A stretch of 64,000 nt of DNA from an uncultured candidate division Zixibacteria bacterium (GCA_963817915.1 CAWFQL010000017.1:51239-115238); one strand, 5' to 3'. Positions 8,895 through 17,903 are shown, counted from the first letter of the stretch. The notes: generated by a model from the sequence alone, not told the origin. Program-made: numbers and translations.

Positions 8895-9995
8895 ATGAGA
8901 TGCAGCAAATGTCTAATGCCATCGTTTTTGCCGAATAGCGATTTCAACTCCGAAAAAGAGTGTTCCTGGTGCCAATCTGGTTATCCTAATTATTCCCCTA
9001 AGGGGGCCGACAAATTCCTCAATCAGATTAATCAGTTTAAGAGAAACAACAATAGCGCCGATTGTTTGGTTGGGCTTAGCGGTGGCAAAGACAGCTCATA
9101 TGTATTATTAAAATTGAAGACAGAATTGAATCTTAATATCGAAGCATTCACTTATAATCATTTTGGTTTAACTGAATTTGCTCTTAACAATGCCAAAACT
9201 GTTTGTCAGGATTTAGGTGTGAAGCATCATCTGGTATCTCTGCCAAATGACGAACACCTTAAATCTTTTCAGAAGTTCTTTGAAGTATGGATTAATTCGG
9301 AAAAGCCCATACCGGCGGCCATGACATGTGTTGCCTGCAAGCATCTTCATACATTAGGTTCTGAATTGGCTGCGAAACGCAAGATCCCCATGGTTGTCTG
9401 GGCAGCGTGTCCGCTGGAAATACCCCCGATATTGCCATTAAAATTACAGTCAAACAAAGAAAATCAATTTAAACGGCAGGGAATGATCAAGAGTGCAGTT
9501 CAATTGGCAAATGAGACAATTTCTACACCCGGATTTTCGTCAAGTATCATCAAACATTTTCGGACTAGTCTAATTGGATGTTTAGGTGTCACTCCAACAG
9601 CGAAATATCTAAAACTTCGATATCCCTCAGTTAGCCAAATTTTGTATTTTGATTTCTTTGCATGGAGTGCCAAACAAATTAGAAAGGATCTAAAAGAAAA
9701 TACAAATTGGAAATCGCCGGCTGATTTTCCCGATGATTGGCATTCTGACTGCCTGTTCAATATATTTAAAGAATATATGTTCCAAAAAATGTACGGGATA
9801 TCTTATACGGACGCTTTCCTAAGCAATCAGATTCGTTATGGCCTTTTATCCAGAGAAGAATCGTGGGATATTTTGGTTAATACTAAGAAATTTTATGCTG
9901 CCAATATTTTTAAAGTGCTCGACAAAGTGGGACTGGCGCATCTGTCGGATAAAATCGACTCATCCTGTTTTGATATGAACGAAGGAATAAATTGA
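8895..9995 (+). CDS. PP-loop ATPase of the N-acetyl-sugar amidotransferase (WbpG/PseA-like) type
   Basis: ATG 8895 is preceded by AAAGGAG (8881-8887); the listed TTG 8868 is less likely. N-terminal zinc ribbon CSKC...CSWC followed by PP-loop LSGGKDSSY. Confidence 0.65.
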   Translation: MRCSKCLMPSFLPNSDFNSEKECSWCQSGYPNYSPKGADKFLNQINQFKRNNNSADCLVGLSGGKDSSYVLLKLKTELNLNIEAFTYNHFGLTEFALNNAKTVCQDLGVKHHLVSLPNDEHLKSFQKFFEVWINSEKPIPAAMTCVACKHLHTLGSELAAKRKIPMVVWAACPLEIPPILPLKLQSNKENQFKRQGMIKSAVQLANETISTPGFSSSIIKHFRTSLIGCLGVTPTAKYLKLRYPSVSQILYFDFFAWSAKQIRKDLKENTNWKSPADFPDDWHSDCLFNIFKEYMFQKMYGISYTDAFLSNQIRYGLLSREESWDILVNTKKFYAANIFKVLDKVGLAHLSDKIDSSCFDMNEGIN

Positions 9996-11804
9996 ATATT
10001 TTGGGTGTAAATGCATTCGGCTATAACCCTTCCGCATGTCTGGTTAGAGACGGCAAACTGGTGGCTTTCTGCCAGGAAGAGCGATTAACAAGATTAAAAG
10101 GTTCACACGGATTATTCCCTTCATTGGCGGTGTCATGGTGTTTAAGCAGTCAAAAAATAAATCTGCAGGATATAAATAATATCGCCGTCAGTTGGGGATG
10201 TGACAAGCATCCCTGGAAAATGATAAGGCATTTAACTAAAGAAAGAATAAAACTATTAAAGTACGGCTCATATTATTCGCCATCTTCCATAAATCACAAG
10301 GATAGCTTTATTTCTGCTCTGACACATATACGCACTTTCACGCCCAGAAATATAATCAAAAATATCCGGGACAATCTTAGGATTTCAGGGCACAAAGGAC
10401 CAATCCCTCCCATTGAATTCGTTGAGCATCATTTATGCCATGCATTCCAAAGCTTTTATCAATCAGGCTTTGATAAAGCATCTGTTCTTGTGGCTGATGG
10501 CAGCGGGGAGGAAAATTGTGTTAGCGGCTTCTTGTTCGATAATTACAATCATCAGAGGATATTCAATATCGATATTCCGCATTCTCTTGGATGGTTTTAC
10601 AGCGGTTTTACTTCATATTTGGGATTTAAGCCGATCAGGGACGAAGGTAAAATGATGGGGTTGGCCGCGTATGGCGAAAAAAGAAAAGAAAATAATATAT
10701 GGCTGGATAAGCTTGACAATGTACTGAAAATCGGAAAAGAGGGGTTCGAATTAGATCCAACATTTTTCAAATTTGGCGGAAATGAATATCATCCTCGATT
10801 TACGGATAAAATGGTGAAATTTATAACTTCGAACGAAGCCGAATCTTGAGCCTATTTCATTGAATGAAAATGTCAGCCAGAATGGGAGCAGTCTCAATAA
10901 ATATCTTCTTGATGATTATATAGATTTGGCCTATGCCGTACAGTCTCGTCTGGAAGTTGCAGTCGTAACGTTGGTAAATACGCTGATTAGAAAAACCAAA
11001 TGTAATGACCTGTGCCTTGCAGGCGGTATATTCATGAATTGCAAGGCTAACGACGTAATTCTGAATAAAACCGGCATCGATAATATATTTATTCATCCGG
11101 CTTCTTCAGACGATGGCTCGTGTATCGGCGCCGCCTTCTATCTTTCCAAGGCGATGGGTTATGATCCGCGAAATAAATTGAAAAATACACAGCTCGGACC
11201 TTCATTTAGTAATTCAGAAATCGAGAAAGTGCTTAGTACATGCGGGCTGCCTTTTTCGGCCCCAGACGATATCTGCGCGGAAGTATCAAAACTATTAGCT
11301 TCAGGTAAAATGGTCGCGTGGTTTCAAGGCGGATGCGAGATGGGAGCCAGAGCGTTAGGTGGAAGAAGCATAATTGCATCACCGCTGAATAATGGGATAA
11401 AGGCCAAAATTAACGAATATGCCAAAAGGAGAGAACATTGGCGCCCATATTGTCCCTCTATTATTCTTGAACAAGCTGAAAAATATATAGATAAGCCGGC
11501 AAATACGCCCTTTATGATTTTAGCGAGACAGTCTACAGACCTATTGCGAAAAGCGGCTCCGGACGTTGTTCATGTCGATAATTCGGTTCGTCCTCAGATG
11601 GTCCAAAAATCAACACTGCCGCGATGGCATAAGTTAATAGAGGATTTTGGAGTTCTCACAGGGCATCCAGTAATTTTAAATACATCGTTGAATGTCCGAG
11701 GTGAACCAATGGCCTGCCGACCCCATGACGCGATTAACTATTTATATTCGACAGGATTAGACGCCCTGGCCATAGAAGATTTTCTGGTCATCAAGAATCG
11801 TTAA
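9992..11804 (+). pseudogene. NodU/CmcH-family carbamoyltransferase split into two ORFs by a +1 frame break
   Basis: ORF 9992..10849 is the Kae1-like N-terminal domain (MNILGVNAFGYNPSACLVRDGKLVAFCQEERLTR). ORF 10860..11804 continues with LCLAGGIFMNCKAN, then the C-terminal domain (WFQGGCEMGARALGGRSI, ILNTSLNVRGEPM). The second frame is open from 10827, so the break lies in 10827-10849. Confidence 0.8.
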
Positions 11805-11837
11805 CCTGCCAAAATTTATTGCGGATAAAAAGAATAA

Positions 11838-12524
11838 TTGATTTATACAATTAGAAAATTCGCGACTCTATTTTTAGATAGAGTCATAAGAAGATCAAAA
11901 ATGCTTACCCGCATTCTATTTGGAATCAAGATTGTTTATAGCGATAAGGCTCATTGGGATTTCACGACTTTAGTTTTCAAGTATGCTTTGGTTGACACAA
12001 CCAAGCCGAAAGATGATATACTGGAAATAGGGACTGGTCCTCATGCTATTTTATCTATATACCTGGCAAAAAGAATAAAATGCAACATTACGGCCAGCGA
12101 CATTAACTCGGAATATGTTGAAAATGCCATTAATACCGCGAATAGGAACGATGTAGATATAAAAATTATCAAAAGTGACCTGTTTGAAAATATCAAGAGT
12201 CAATTCGACATGATATTTTGGAATTCCATTTATATTCCGCGAGCTGTCGGAGAAAAAATTGATATTGATAAAATTTGCAAATATAAAACAGACTGGTGCG
12301 GTGGCGAAACAGGCCTTGAGGGCATCGAAAAGCTGCTGAATAACTCGAAAAGTCATTTAAAAAATAACGGGCTATTGCTCATTGGATTCAGCAGGGTCTA
12401 TCTTAATGAAGATGCGGTGATCGAAAAATGCCGAAATTCGGGATATTCCGTTGAGAAGATCATCAAACGACCGCTGAATCCCAGTCGAGTGTTTATAGTC
12501 AAAAATAAGATTCACCAAGAATAA
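11838..12524 (+). CDS. class I SAM-dependent methyltransferase, HemK/PrmC-like small-domain type
   Basis: SAM motif ILEIGTGPHAILS, acidic ASDIN, and WNSIYIP in the position of the (D/N)PPY motif. Start uncertain (TTG 11838 or ATG 11901). Confidence 0.6.
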   Translation: MIYTIRKFATLFLDRVIRRSKMLTRILFGIKIVYSDKAHWDFTTLVFKYALVDTTKPKDDILEIGTGPHAILSIYLAKRIKCNITASDINSEYVENAINTANRNDVDIKIIKSDLFENIKSQFDMIFWNSIYIPRAVGEKIDIDKICKYKTDWCGGETGLEGIEKLLNNSKSHLKNNGLLLIGFSRVYLNEDAVIEKCRNSGYSVEKIIKRPLNPSRVFIVKNKIHQE

Positions 12525-12719
12525 AGCCGCATTTATAAGCAAGACCATTATATCCATACTAGTATGAAATACGGAGCATTCTGAAGATGCCAGTATAAGT
12601 GTATTGATAAAGTGCGTTTACCCCAAAATCCCCCTAAAAACCATTGACTTTCAACCCCAAAATCATATTTTTAATTTTCTATGGTGAAAAAAGAACGATT
12701 AAGATAAAGAGGTCATTTA

Positions 12720-14606
12720 ATGAAAAATATGAAACCGGAAGATATTAAGGTAATTCTGGCCACCGATTGCGGTTCCACGACTACCAAAGCTATACTTATA
12801 GAATATCACGATGGCGAATATCGGCTGATCGTGCGCGGCGAGGCCCCTACCACAGTCGAGGCGCCATTCGAGGATGTCACCATGGGTGTCCTCAATGCTA
12901 TTGGTGAAGTGGAAGAGCTTTCCGGACGAAAAATACTCGATGAGAATAATAAAATTATTTCGCCTGCCACCGACGGCACTGGCAAAAAGATAGGCACCGA
13001 CATATACGTATCAACCTCATCCGCTGGCGGCGGCTTGCAGATGATGGTCGCTGGTGTGGTTCGCTCGATGACTGCCGAATCGGCCGAACGTGCCGCATTA
13101 GGTGCGGGCGCAATCGTTATGGATGTTATCGCATCCAATGACAAACGGCTTCCGCATCAGCAGATCGAACGAATCCGACATCTGCGTCCTGATATGATTC
13201 TGCTTTCAGGCGGTATCGATGGCGGCACGACCACCCACGTAGTTGAATTAGCCGAATTGATTTCGGCAGCGGATCCCAAGCCCCGTCTTGGCTCAGGTTA
13301 TAAGCTGCCAATCATCTACGCCGGTAATAAGGAAGCCCGCGGCCCGGTCAAAGATTCATTGGGCAATAAAACGAATTTAGATATAGTCGATAATCTCCGC
13401 CCGGTCCTCGAACGAGAAAACCTGCTCCCGGCCCGCGAAAAAATCCATGACCTATTCATGGAGCATGTTATGGCGCAGGCTCCCGGATATCGCAGATTGA
13501 TGGAATGGACCGATGCTCCCATCATGCCTACACCCGGCGCTGTCGGCCTTATTATTAAGCGTGTCGCCGATGAGATGAAGATCGAAGCGGTTGGTGTCGA
13601 TATCGGCGGAGCCACGACCGATGTGTTTTCGGTATTTCGTCCCGCAGACAAGCCTGAAGGCGTCTTCAATCGAACCGTATCGGCAAATTTAGGCATGAGC
13701 TATTCGGTCTCCAATGTTTTCGCCGAGGCGACCTTGCCCAATGTCATGCGCTGGGTGCCATTCGATATGGATGAACGCGATCTGCGCAATCGTGTCAAAA
13801 ATAAAATGATTCGTCCCACAACAATTCCGCAGATGCTTGAAGAACTGATTTTCGAACAGGCGATTGCAAAAGAAGCGTTGAGGCTGGCCTTTATTCAGCA
13901 TAAATCATTCGCCACCGAGCTCAAGGGTGTCCAACAGCAGAGAACCATCGCCGACGCCTTCGAGCAGACATCAGCCGGTGCGACATTGGTCAATATGATG
14001 ACTCTCGATATTTTGATAGGTTCCGGTGGAGTGCTTTCACATGCCCCGCGCCGCCAGCAATCGGCCTTGATGCTTATCGACGCTTTCCAGCCCGAAGGTA
14101 TCACTCGTCTGGCCGTTGATTCCATTTTCATGATGCCTCAGCTCGGCGTGCTTTCGGTGGTTCATTCCAAAGCGGCGACCGAAGTGTTCAACAAAGATTG
14201 TCTGATTCATCTCGGCAGCTGTGTCGCGCCATCGGGCGAGGGCGGCAAGGAAGGCCGCGAGATGATGGATTATAAAATCGAATTCCCCGACGGCAAAGTC
14301 GAACAAGGCAAACTGATGTACGGCCAGATGAAACGATTCCCATTGGGAATAGGCCCCGATTCATTGCCGCTCAAGGCCAAGGCGACACTCAATCCCGGAC
14401 GTGCTTTCGATCTCGGCAAGGGGAAAGGCGCTGGATTTACTACCGAGCTTTCCGGCGGCGTTACCGGTATTATTCTCGATGGGCGCGGGAGGCCGTTCGA
14501 CCTGCCGACCGATCCCAAGATAAGGGTCGCCAAGCTCAAGGAGTGGATGATCGAACTTGATATCTACCCCAAAGAGGGATTAGAGCATATCACGAAGCAG
14601 TACTAA
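12720..14606 (+). CDS. GlmL/MutL-family ASKHA ATPase (glutamate-mutase-L-like, putative mutase reactivase)
   Basis: 628 aa with two actin-like ATPase phosphate motifs (ILATDCGSTTTKAILI; VGVDIGGATTDVFSV), plus LLSGGIDGG and LIGSGGVLSHAP. Confidence 0.65.
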   Translation: MKNMKPEDIKVILATDCGSTTTKAILIEYHDGEYRLIVRGEAPTTVEAPFEDVTMGVLNAIGEVEELSGRKILDENNKIISPATDGTGKKIGTDIYVSTSSAGGGLQMMVAGVVRSMTAESAERAALGAGAIVMDVIASNDKRLPHQQIERIRHLRPDMILLSGGIDGGTTTHVVELAELISAADPKPRLGSGYKLPIIYAGNKEARGPVKDSLGNKTNLDIVDNLRPVLERENLLPAREKIHDLFMEHVMAQAPGYRRLMEWTDAPIMPTPGAVGLIIKRVADEMKIEAVGVDIGGATTDVFSVFRPADKPEGVFNRTVSANLGMSYSVSNVFAEATLPNVMRWVPFDMDERDLRNRVKNKMIRPTTIPQMLEELIFEQAIAKEALRLAFIQHKSFATELKGVQQQRTIADAFEQTSAGATLVNMMTLDILIGSGGVLSHAPRRQQSALMLIDAFQPEGITRLAVDSIFMMPQLGVLSVVHSKAATEVFNKDCLIHLGSCVAPSGEGGKEGREMMDYKIEFPDGKVEQGKLMYGQMKRFPLGIGPDSLPLKAKATLNPGRAFDLGKGKGAGFTTELSGGVTGIILDGRGRPFDLPTDPKIRVAKLKEWMIELDIYPKEGLEHITKQY

Positions 14607-14613
14607 ACTGACA

Positions 14614-14647
14614 AGCCGCCGGATTGAAAATGAAGGCGGCTTTTTTT
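14614..14647 (+). terminator. rho-independent terminator after the GlmL-like gene
   Basis: agccgcc-N14-ggcggct stem followed by a T7 run (14641-14647), 8 nt after the stop. Confidence 0.75.
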
Positions 14648-14654
14648 AATTTTG

Positions 14655-15279
14655 TTGCGTGTCAAAGCTTGCTTTGACCGCAACCTTTAAGCCATGAAAA
14701 GAAGAAGAAATTTAATAGATGATTCAATTAATCCGATTTTTATTACCACCACTATTACAAATTGGATCCCAGTGTTTGGAATTAATGATCTATGCCTTGA
14801 AGCACTCCAAATCTTCAACAAGCAATGCGAGGAACTGAAGACAAAGGTCTTCGCCTATGTTTTAATGCCGAATCATTTTCATTGTATTATTCAATCATCT
14901 AACAAGGGTGATGTCTCTTTATTAATGCAGAGATGGAAAAGCCTAACCGCAAGAAAGATTATCGCATATTGTTTACACAACAAACGTGATTGGTTGAATA
15001 GATTTGCTAATGCGGCAGGCAAATACAAAAGGCAAAAAGATGAGTCTTATCAGGTATGGTTGCCTAGGTTTGACGATTTCGCTATCAGGGATGAAGATCA
15101 ATTTCTAACCAAACTCAATTATATTCATGGCAATCCTTTGAAGCATAATTTAGTCGATGAGTGTAGTAAATATAAATTCAGTAGTTTCTCGAACTATCAT
15201 GGTGGAGATAATTCCTATATTAAAATTACAAAATTCAGGGAGTAGTTGGATTGCGGTCGAAGTAAACTTCGACACGCAA
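14655..15279 (+). mobile_element. REP-RAYT-REP unit
   Basis: Y1 HUH transposase ORF bracketed by inverted hairpins ttGCGTGTCaaagcttgctttGACCGCaa (14655..14683) and ttGCGGTCgaagtaaacttcGACACGCaa (15251..15279). Confidence 0.8.
14694..15245 (+). CDS. REP-associated tyrosine transposase (IS200/IS605-like Y1 HUH enzyme)
   Basis: HUH motif in VLMPNHFHCII and catalytic-Tyr helix LNYIHGNPLKHNLV. 183 aa. No TnpB and no IS ends. Confidence 0.85.
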   Translation: MKRRRNLIDDSINPIFITTTITNWIPVFGINDLCLEALQIFNKQCEELKTKVFAYVLMPNHFHCIIQSSNKGDVSLLMQRWKSLTARKIIAYCLHNKRDWLNRFANAAGKYKRQKDESYQVWLPRFDDFAIRDEDQFLTKLNYIHGNPLKHNLVDECSKYKFSSFSNYHGGDNSYIKITKFRE

Positions 15280-15369
15280 TAAAGAATTCTAACCCCAAAC
15301 CCCACTTCTCATAGGAGAGGGGAGAGTCACATTCGCTTGTTGTGGTGAGGTAATTAATGAAAGGATATT

Positions 15370-15807
15370 ATGAAATGGATCACACGTTCTAATGTCAAAG
15401 TCGATCGGGTTGCGTGCCCATGGCTGATAAAAAAAATCATCGACCCCAAGGCCGAATTCATCTTTGTGCCTAAGGAGCAGGTTATGGAAACAGCCGCGAA
15501 AGAGGGCGCGATCCCATACGACTACCCCGATGTGGAATTAGGGCATCACGAAGGCAAATGCAGTTTCGAGGCGATTGTGGCGAAATATCAGATCAAAGAC
15601 CCGGCGATTCTAATGCTGGCGCAGATCGTGCATGGCGCCGATGTCTCCAATGATTTATATGGCCGCCCGGAGGCTCCCGGCCTGGAGGCGATCGCCCATG
15701 GTTTCGCCATGTTAGGTTTGAAGGATGATCACGAGATTCTAGCGAAGGAGTTTATTGTTTACGATGCTCTCTACGCCTATTGCCAAAAAAAGATAAGCGA
15801 AAAATAA
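15370..15807 (+). CDS. ChrB C-terminal-domain (chromate-resistance-type) protein
   Basis: MKWITRSNVKVDRVACPWLIKKIIDPKAEFIFVP N-terminus is characteristic of the Chrome_Resist domain. Confidence 0.65.
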   Translation: MKWITRSNVKVDRVACPWLIKKIIDPKAEFIFVPKEQVMETAAKEGAIPYDYPDVELGHHEGKCSFEAIVAKYQIKDPAILMLAQIVHGADVSNDLYGRPEAPGLEAIAHGFAMLGLKDDHEILAKEFIVYDALYAYCQKKISEK

Positions 15808-15818
15808 TAATATATAAT

Positions 15819-16011
15819 GCGAGTCAGGGCTTGCCCTGACCGCCCCAAACCTGTCATTCCGCATCCGTCGGTCGCCGGACTGAAGACAGCTTGACGCGGA
15901 ATCCAGTCACATTATCGTCGGGTCAGGCGACCCGACGACATTAATTGGGTGGCAGTCGTACTCGACTGCCCCGAAGATAAGACGCCTTAGGGGCAGCCAG
16001 GGATGGCTGCC
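15819..16011. repeat. mosaic of five different intergenic hairpins
   Basis: REP gcgagtcagggcttgccctgaccgc (15819..15843); tgtcattccgc...gcggaatc (15852..15903); tcgtcgggtcaggcgacccgacga (15916..15939); ggcagtcgtactcgactgcc; ggcagccagggatggctgcc. Confidence 0.8.
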
Positions 16012-16033
16012 GCCCAGCGGTACAAGATTTCTT

Positions 16034-16453
16034 TTACACCAATTTCGCGTTCAGTTTTATTTCAACAGCCGCTAATGCCTGCGAGACCGGGCATCCCTTC
16101 TTGGTGGCCTCAGCGATTTCCATAAACTTCTTGTTGTCGATGCCCGGGACATTGGCGACTGTGTCGAGCTCAATCAATGTAATCTTGAATCCTTCGGGAA
16201 GTTTATCCAGATACACCTTTGCTGTCGTCGTCACATTCTTGGGTGTGAATCCGGCTGTAGCCAGCCCGTGCGACAACGCCATCGAATAGCATCCGGCGTG
16301 CGCGGCGGCGATCATTTCCTCGGGATTGGTGCCCTTGCCATTCTCGAAACGTGATGTGAATGAATACGCGCCCTCGAAACCTCCGAATTTCACTGTCCCT
16401 TTGCCCTGGGGTAGATTCCCCTCCCATACCGCATTACCTGTTCGAATCAGCAT
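16034..16453 (-). CDS. osmC: OsmC-family peroxiredoxin
   Basis: 139 aa with NPEEMIAAAHAGCYSMAL and KGCPVSQAL motifs carrying the two catalytic Cys. Confidence 0.85.
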   Translation of the reverse strand: MLIRTGNAVWEGNLPQGKGTVKFGGFEGAYSFTSRFENGKGTNPEEMIAAAHAGCYSMALSHGLATAGFTPKNVTTTAKVYLDKLPEGFKITLIELDTVANVPGIDNKKFMEIAEATKKGCPVSQALAAVEIKLNAKLV

Positions 16454-16557
16454 AATTATCTCCTTGTTTTCTGAATCATATAATCATTTTTCCATAGAGT
16501 CAAAACCTTAATATGGAGCAGGAGGTTCCTGAAAGGGCACGATGCGAAATCTACCCA

Positions 16558-16850
16558 AAGCTTGTCATTCCGCACTTGTTGCGGAATCTTGCGTGATATA
16601 TTTTCGGTTTTGAAATCTATTATTTGTATTCGAGCATATGAATTTAGATTCCCGCATTCGCGGGAATGACAATGTGGGGAAGCTTGTCATTCCGCACTTG
16701 TTGCGGAATCTTGCGTGATATATTTTCGGTTTTGAAATCTATTATTTGTATTCGAGTATATGAATTTAGATTCCCGCATTCGCGGGAATGACAATGTGGG
16801 GAAGCTTGTCATTCCGCACTTGTTGCGGAATCTTGCGTGATCCTTTTCAG
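16558..16850. repeat. head-to-tail tandem repeat, 122-bp unit x 2.4
   Basis: Units start at 16558, 16680 and 16802. Each holds hairpin A (tgtcattccgca cttgt tgcggaatct), an AT-rich spacer and hairpin B (agattcccgc attc gcgggaatgaca). Copies 1 and 2 differ at one visible position (c/t at 16635 vs 16757). Confidence 0.9.
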
Positions 16851-16861
16851 TCGAAAAAAAA

Positions 16862-17197
16862 TTACAATTCATCATATAAGTCATTCCATTGAGGATTAGA
16901 CCTTTCAATTGTATTGATCTTCCATTGTCTCCGCCATTTCTTCATACGTTTTTCCCGTTGGATCGCCGAATACACATCTTCGGTTGCTTCGAAATATACA
17001 AGTTTATGAATATGATACCTTTTTGTAAATCCATCAAAAAGGCCATTCTTATGCTCGTATACTCGTCTTTTAAGATCGTTGGTCATTCCAACATATAAAA
17101 TGCCATTTTTAGCGCTTGCCATTATGTAAATGTAATAGGTTTTCGTATAGCCAAATAAAATTAGATTCCCGCATTCGCGGGAATGACAAGGTAGCAA
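16862..17197 (-). CDS. GIY-YIG nuclease family protein (UPF0213/YhbQ-like)
   Basis: YYIYIMASAKNGILYVGMTNDLKRRVYEHK...REKRMKKWRRQWK. The TTG start and first ~12 codons (LPCHSRECGNL) lie inside the flanking hairpin repeat, so the exact start is uncertain. Confidence 0.8.
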   Translation of the reverse strand: MLPCHSRECGNLILFGYTKTYYIYIMASAKNGILYVGMTNDLKRRVYEHKNGLFDGFTKRYHIHKLVYFEATEDVYSAIQREKRMKKWRRQWKINTIERSNPQWNDLYDEL

Positions 17198-17228
17198 AAC
17201 CTGTCATTCCGCATTTATTGCGGAATCT
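17163..17228. repeat. hairpin B + hairpin A pair upstream of/overlapping the GIY-YIG start
   Basis: agattcccgcattcgcgggaatgaca (17163..17188) and tgtcattccgcatttattgcggaatct (17202..17228). Confidence 0.85.
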
Positions 17229-17233
17229 ATCTG

Positions 17234-17596
17234 TCACTGTATCCTGATCGGATTTCCGGAGCCTCTGAAAATAAAATACGCGGCCGCAACCAGGCACAAA
17301 GTCGCCCAGAGAAAATCGGTCTTGATCTGCTCTTTCATATAAACAATCGAGAATATCGCGAAAACACACATCGTAATAATTTCCTGAATCACCTTCAATT
17401 GCCCGAGCGAGAAATGCTCACGTCCGATACGATTTGCCGGCACCTGCAGGCAGTATTCGAAAAACGCCACTCCCCAACTGAGGATAATTACAAAATATAA
17501 TGGTTTGCTCCGAAAATCCTTCAGATGCCCATACCAGGCATATGTCATGAATAGATTCGAAAAAGATAGCAATACTATGGTTGTCAGCCCAGTCAT
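17234..17596 (-). CDS. DUF486-type small DMT-superfamily membrane protein
   Basis: 120 aa with four hydrophobic helices and FMTYAWYGHLK near the N-terminus. Confidence 0.7.
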   Translation of the reverse strand: MTGLTTIVLLSFSNLFMTYAWYGHLKDFRSKPLYFVIILSWGVAFFEYCLQVPANRIGREHFSLGQLKVIQEIITMCVFAIFSIVYMKEQIKTDFLWATLCLVAAAYFIFRGSGNPIRIQ

Positions 17597-17903
17597 ATGT
17601 TGTCCTCCAAGTTATTGCGGGATAATTCAAATCTGATAAAATTCGTTTTATTAGCGAATTTGGATTGCTGTTTTCGCGGGAATGACAGACAACTTGTCTG
17701 CCGCCTTGATATGGTCTTGCTTTAAACTTAATAGTAAATCACCACTTAGATTGCTGTATTGCGTCCCAATATTGGTTAGAATGAATCTTCGTTTTTGAAA
17801 TCGATATAGAATTGGTCTTTACCTTTAATATTCGAGGGCCAATAAGCTACTCAAATAAGCTATCTACAAGATCCATCCTGTTCGCATAAAGCATAATTGA
17901 AAA

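Noticed and set aside
8811-12670. Short direct repeats (cccaaaatc) near both ends of the AT-rich island as possible insertion-site duplications.
   Set aside because: This is only a 9-mer, not positioned symmetrically at the compositional boundaries, and easily expected by chance.
16558-16850. Possible CRISPR array (regularly spaced palindromic repeats).
   Set aside because: The whole 122-bp unit, including the spacer part, is repeated nearly identically, so there are no unique spacers. The period is far too long, no cas genes are nearby, and the hairpins belong to a dispersed repeat family.
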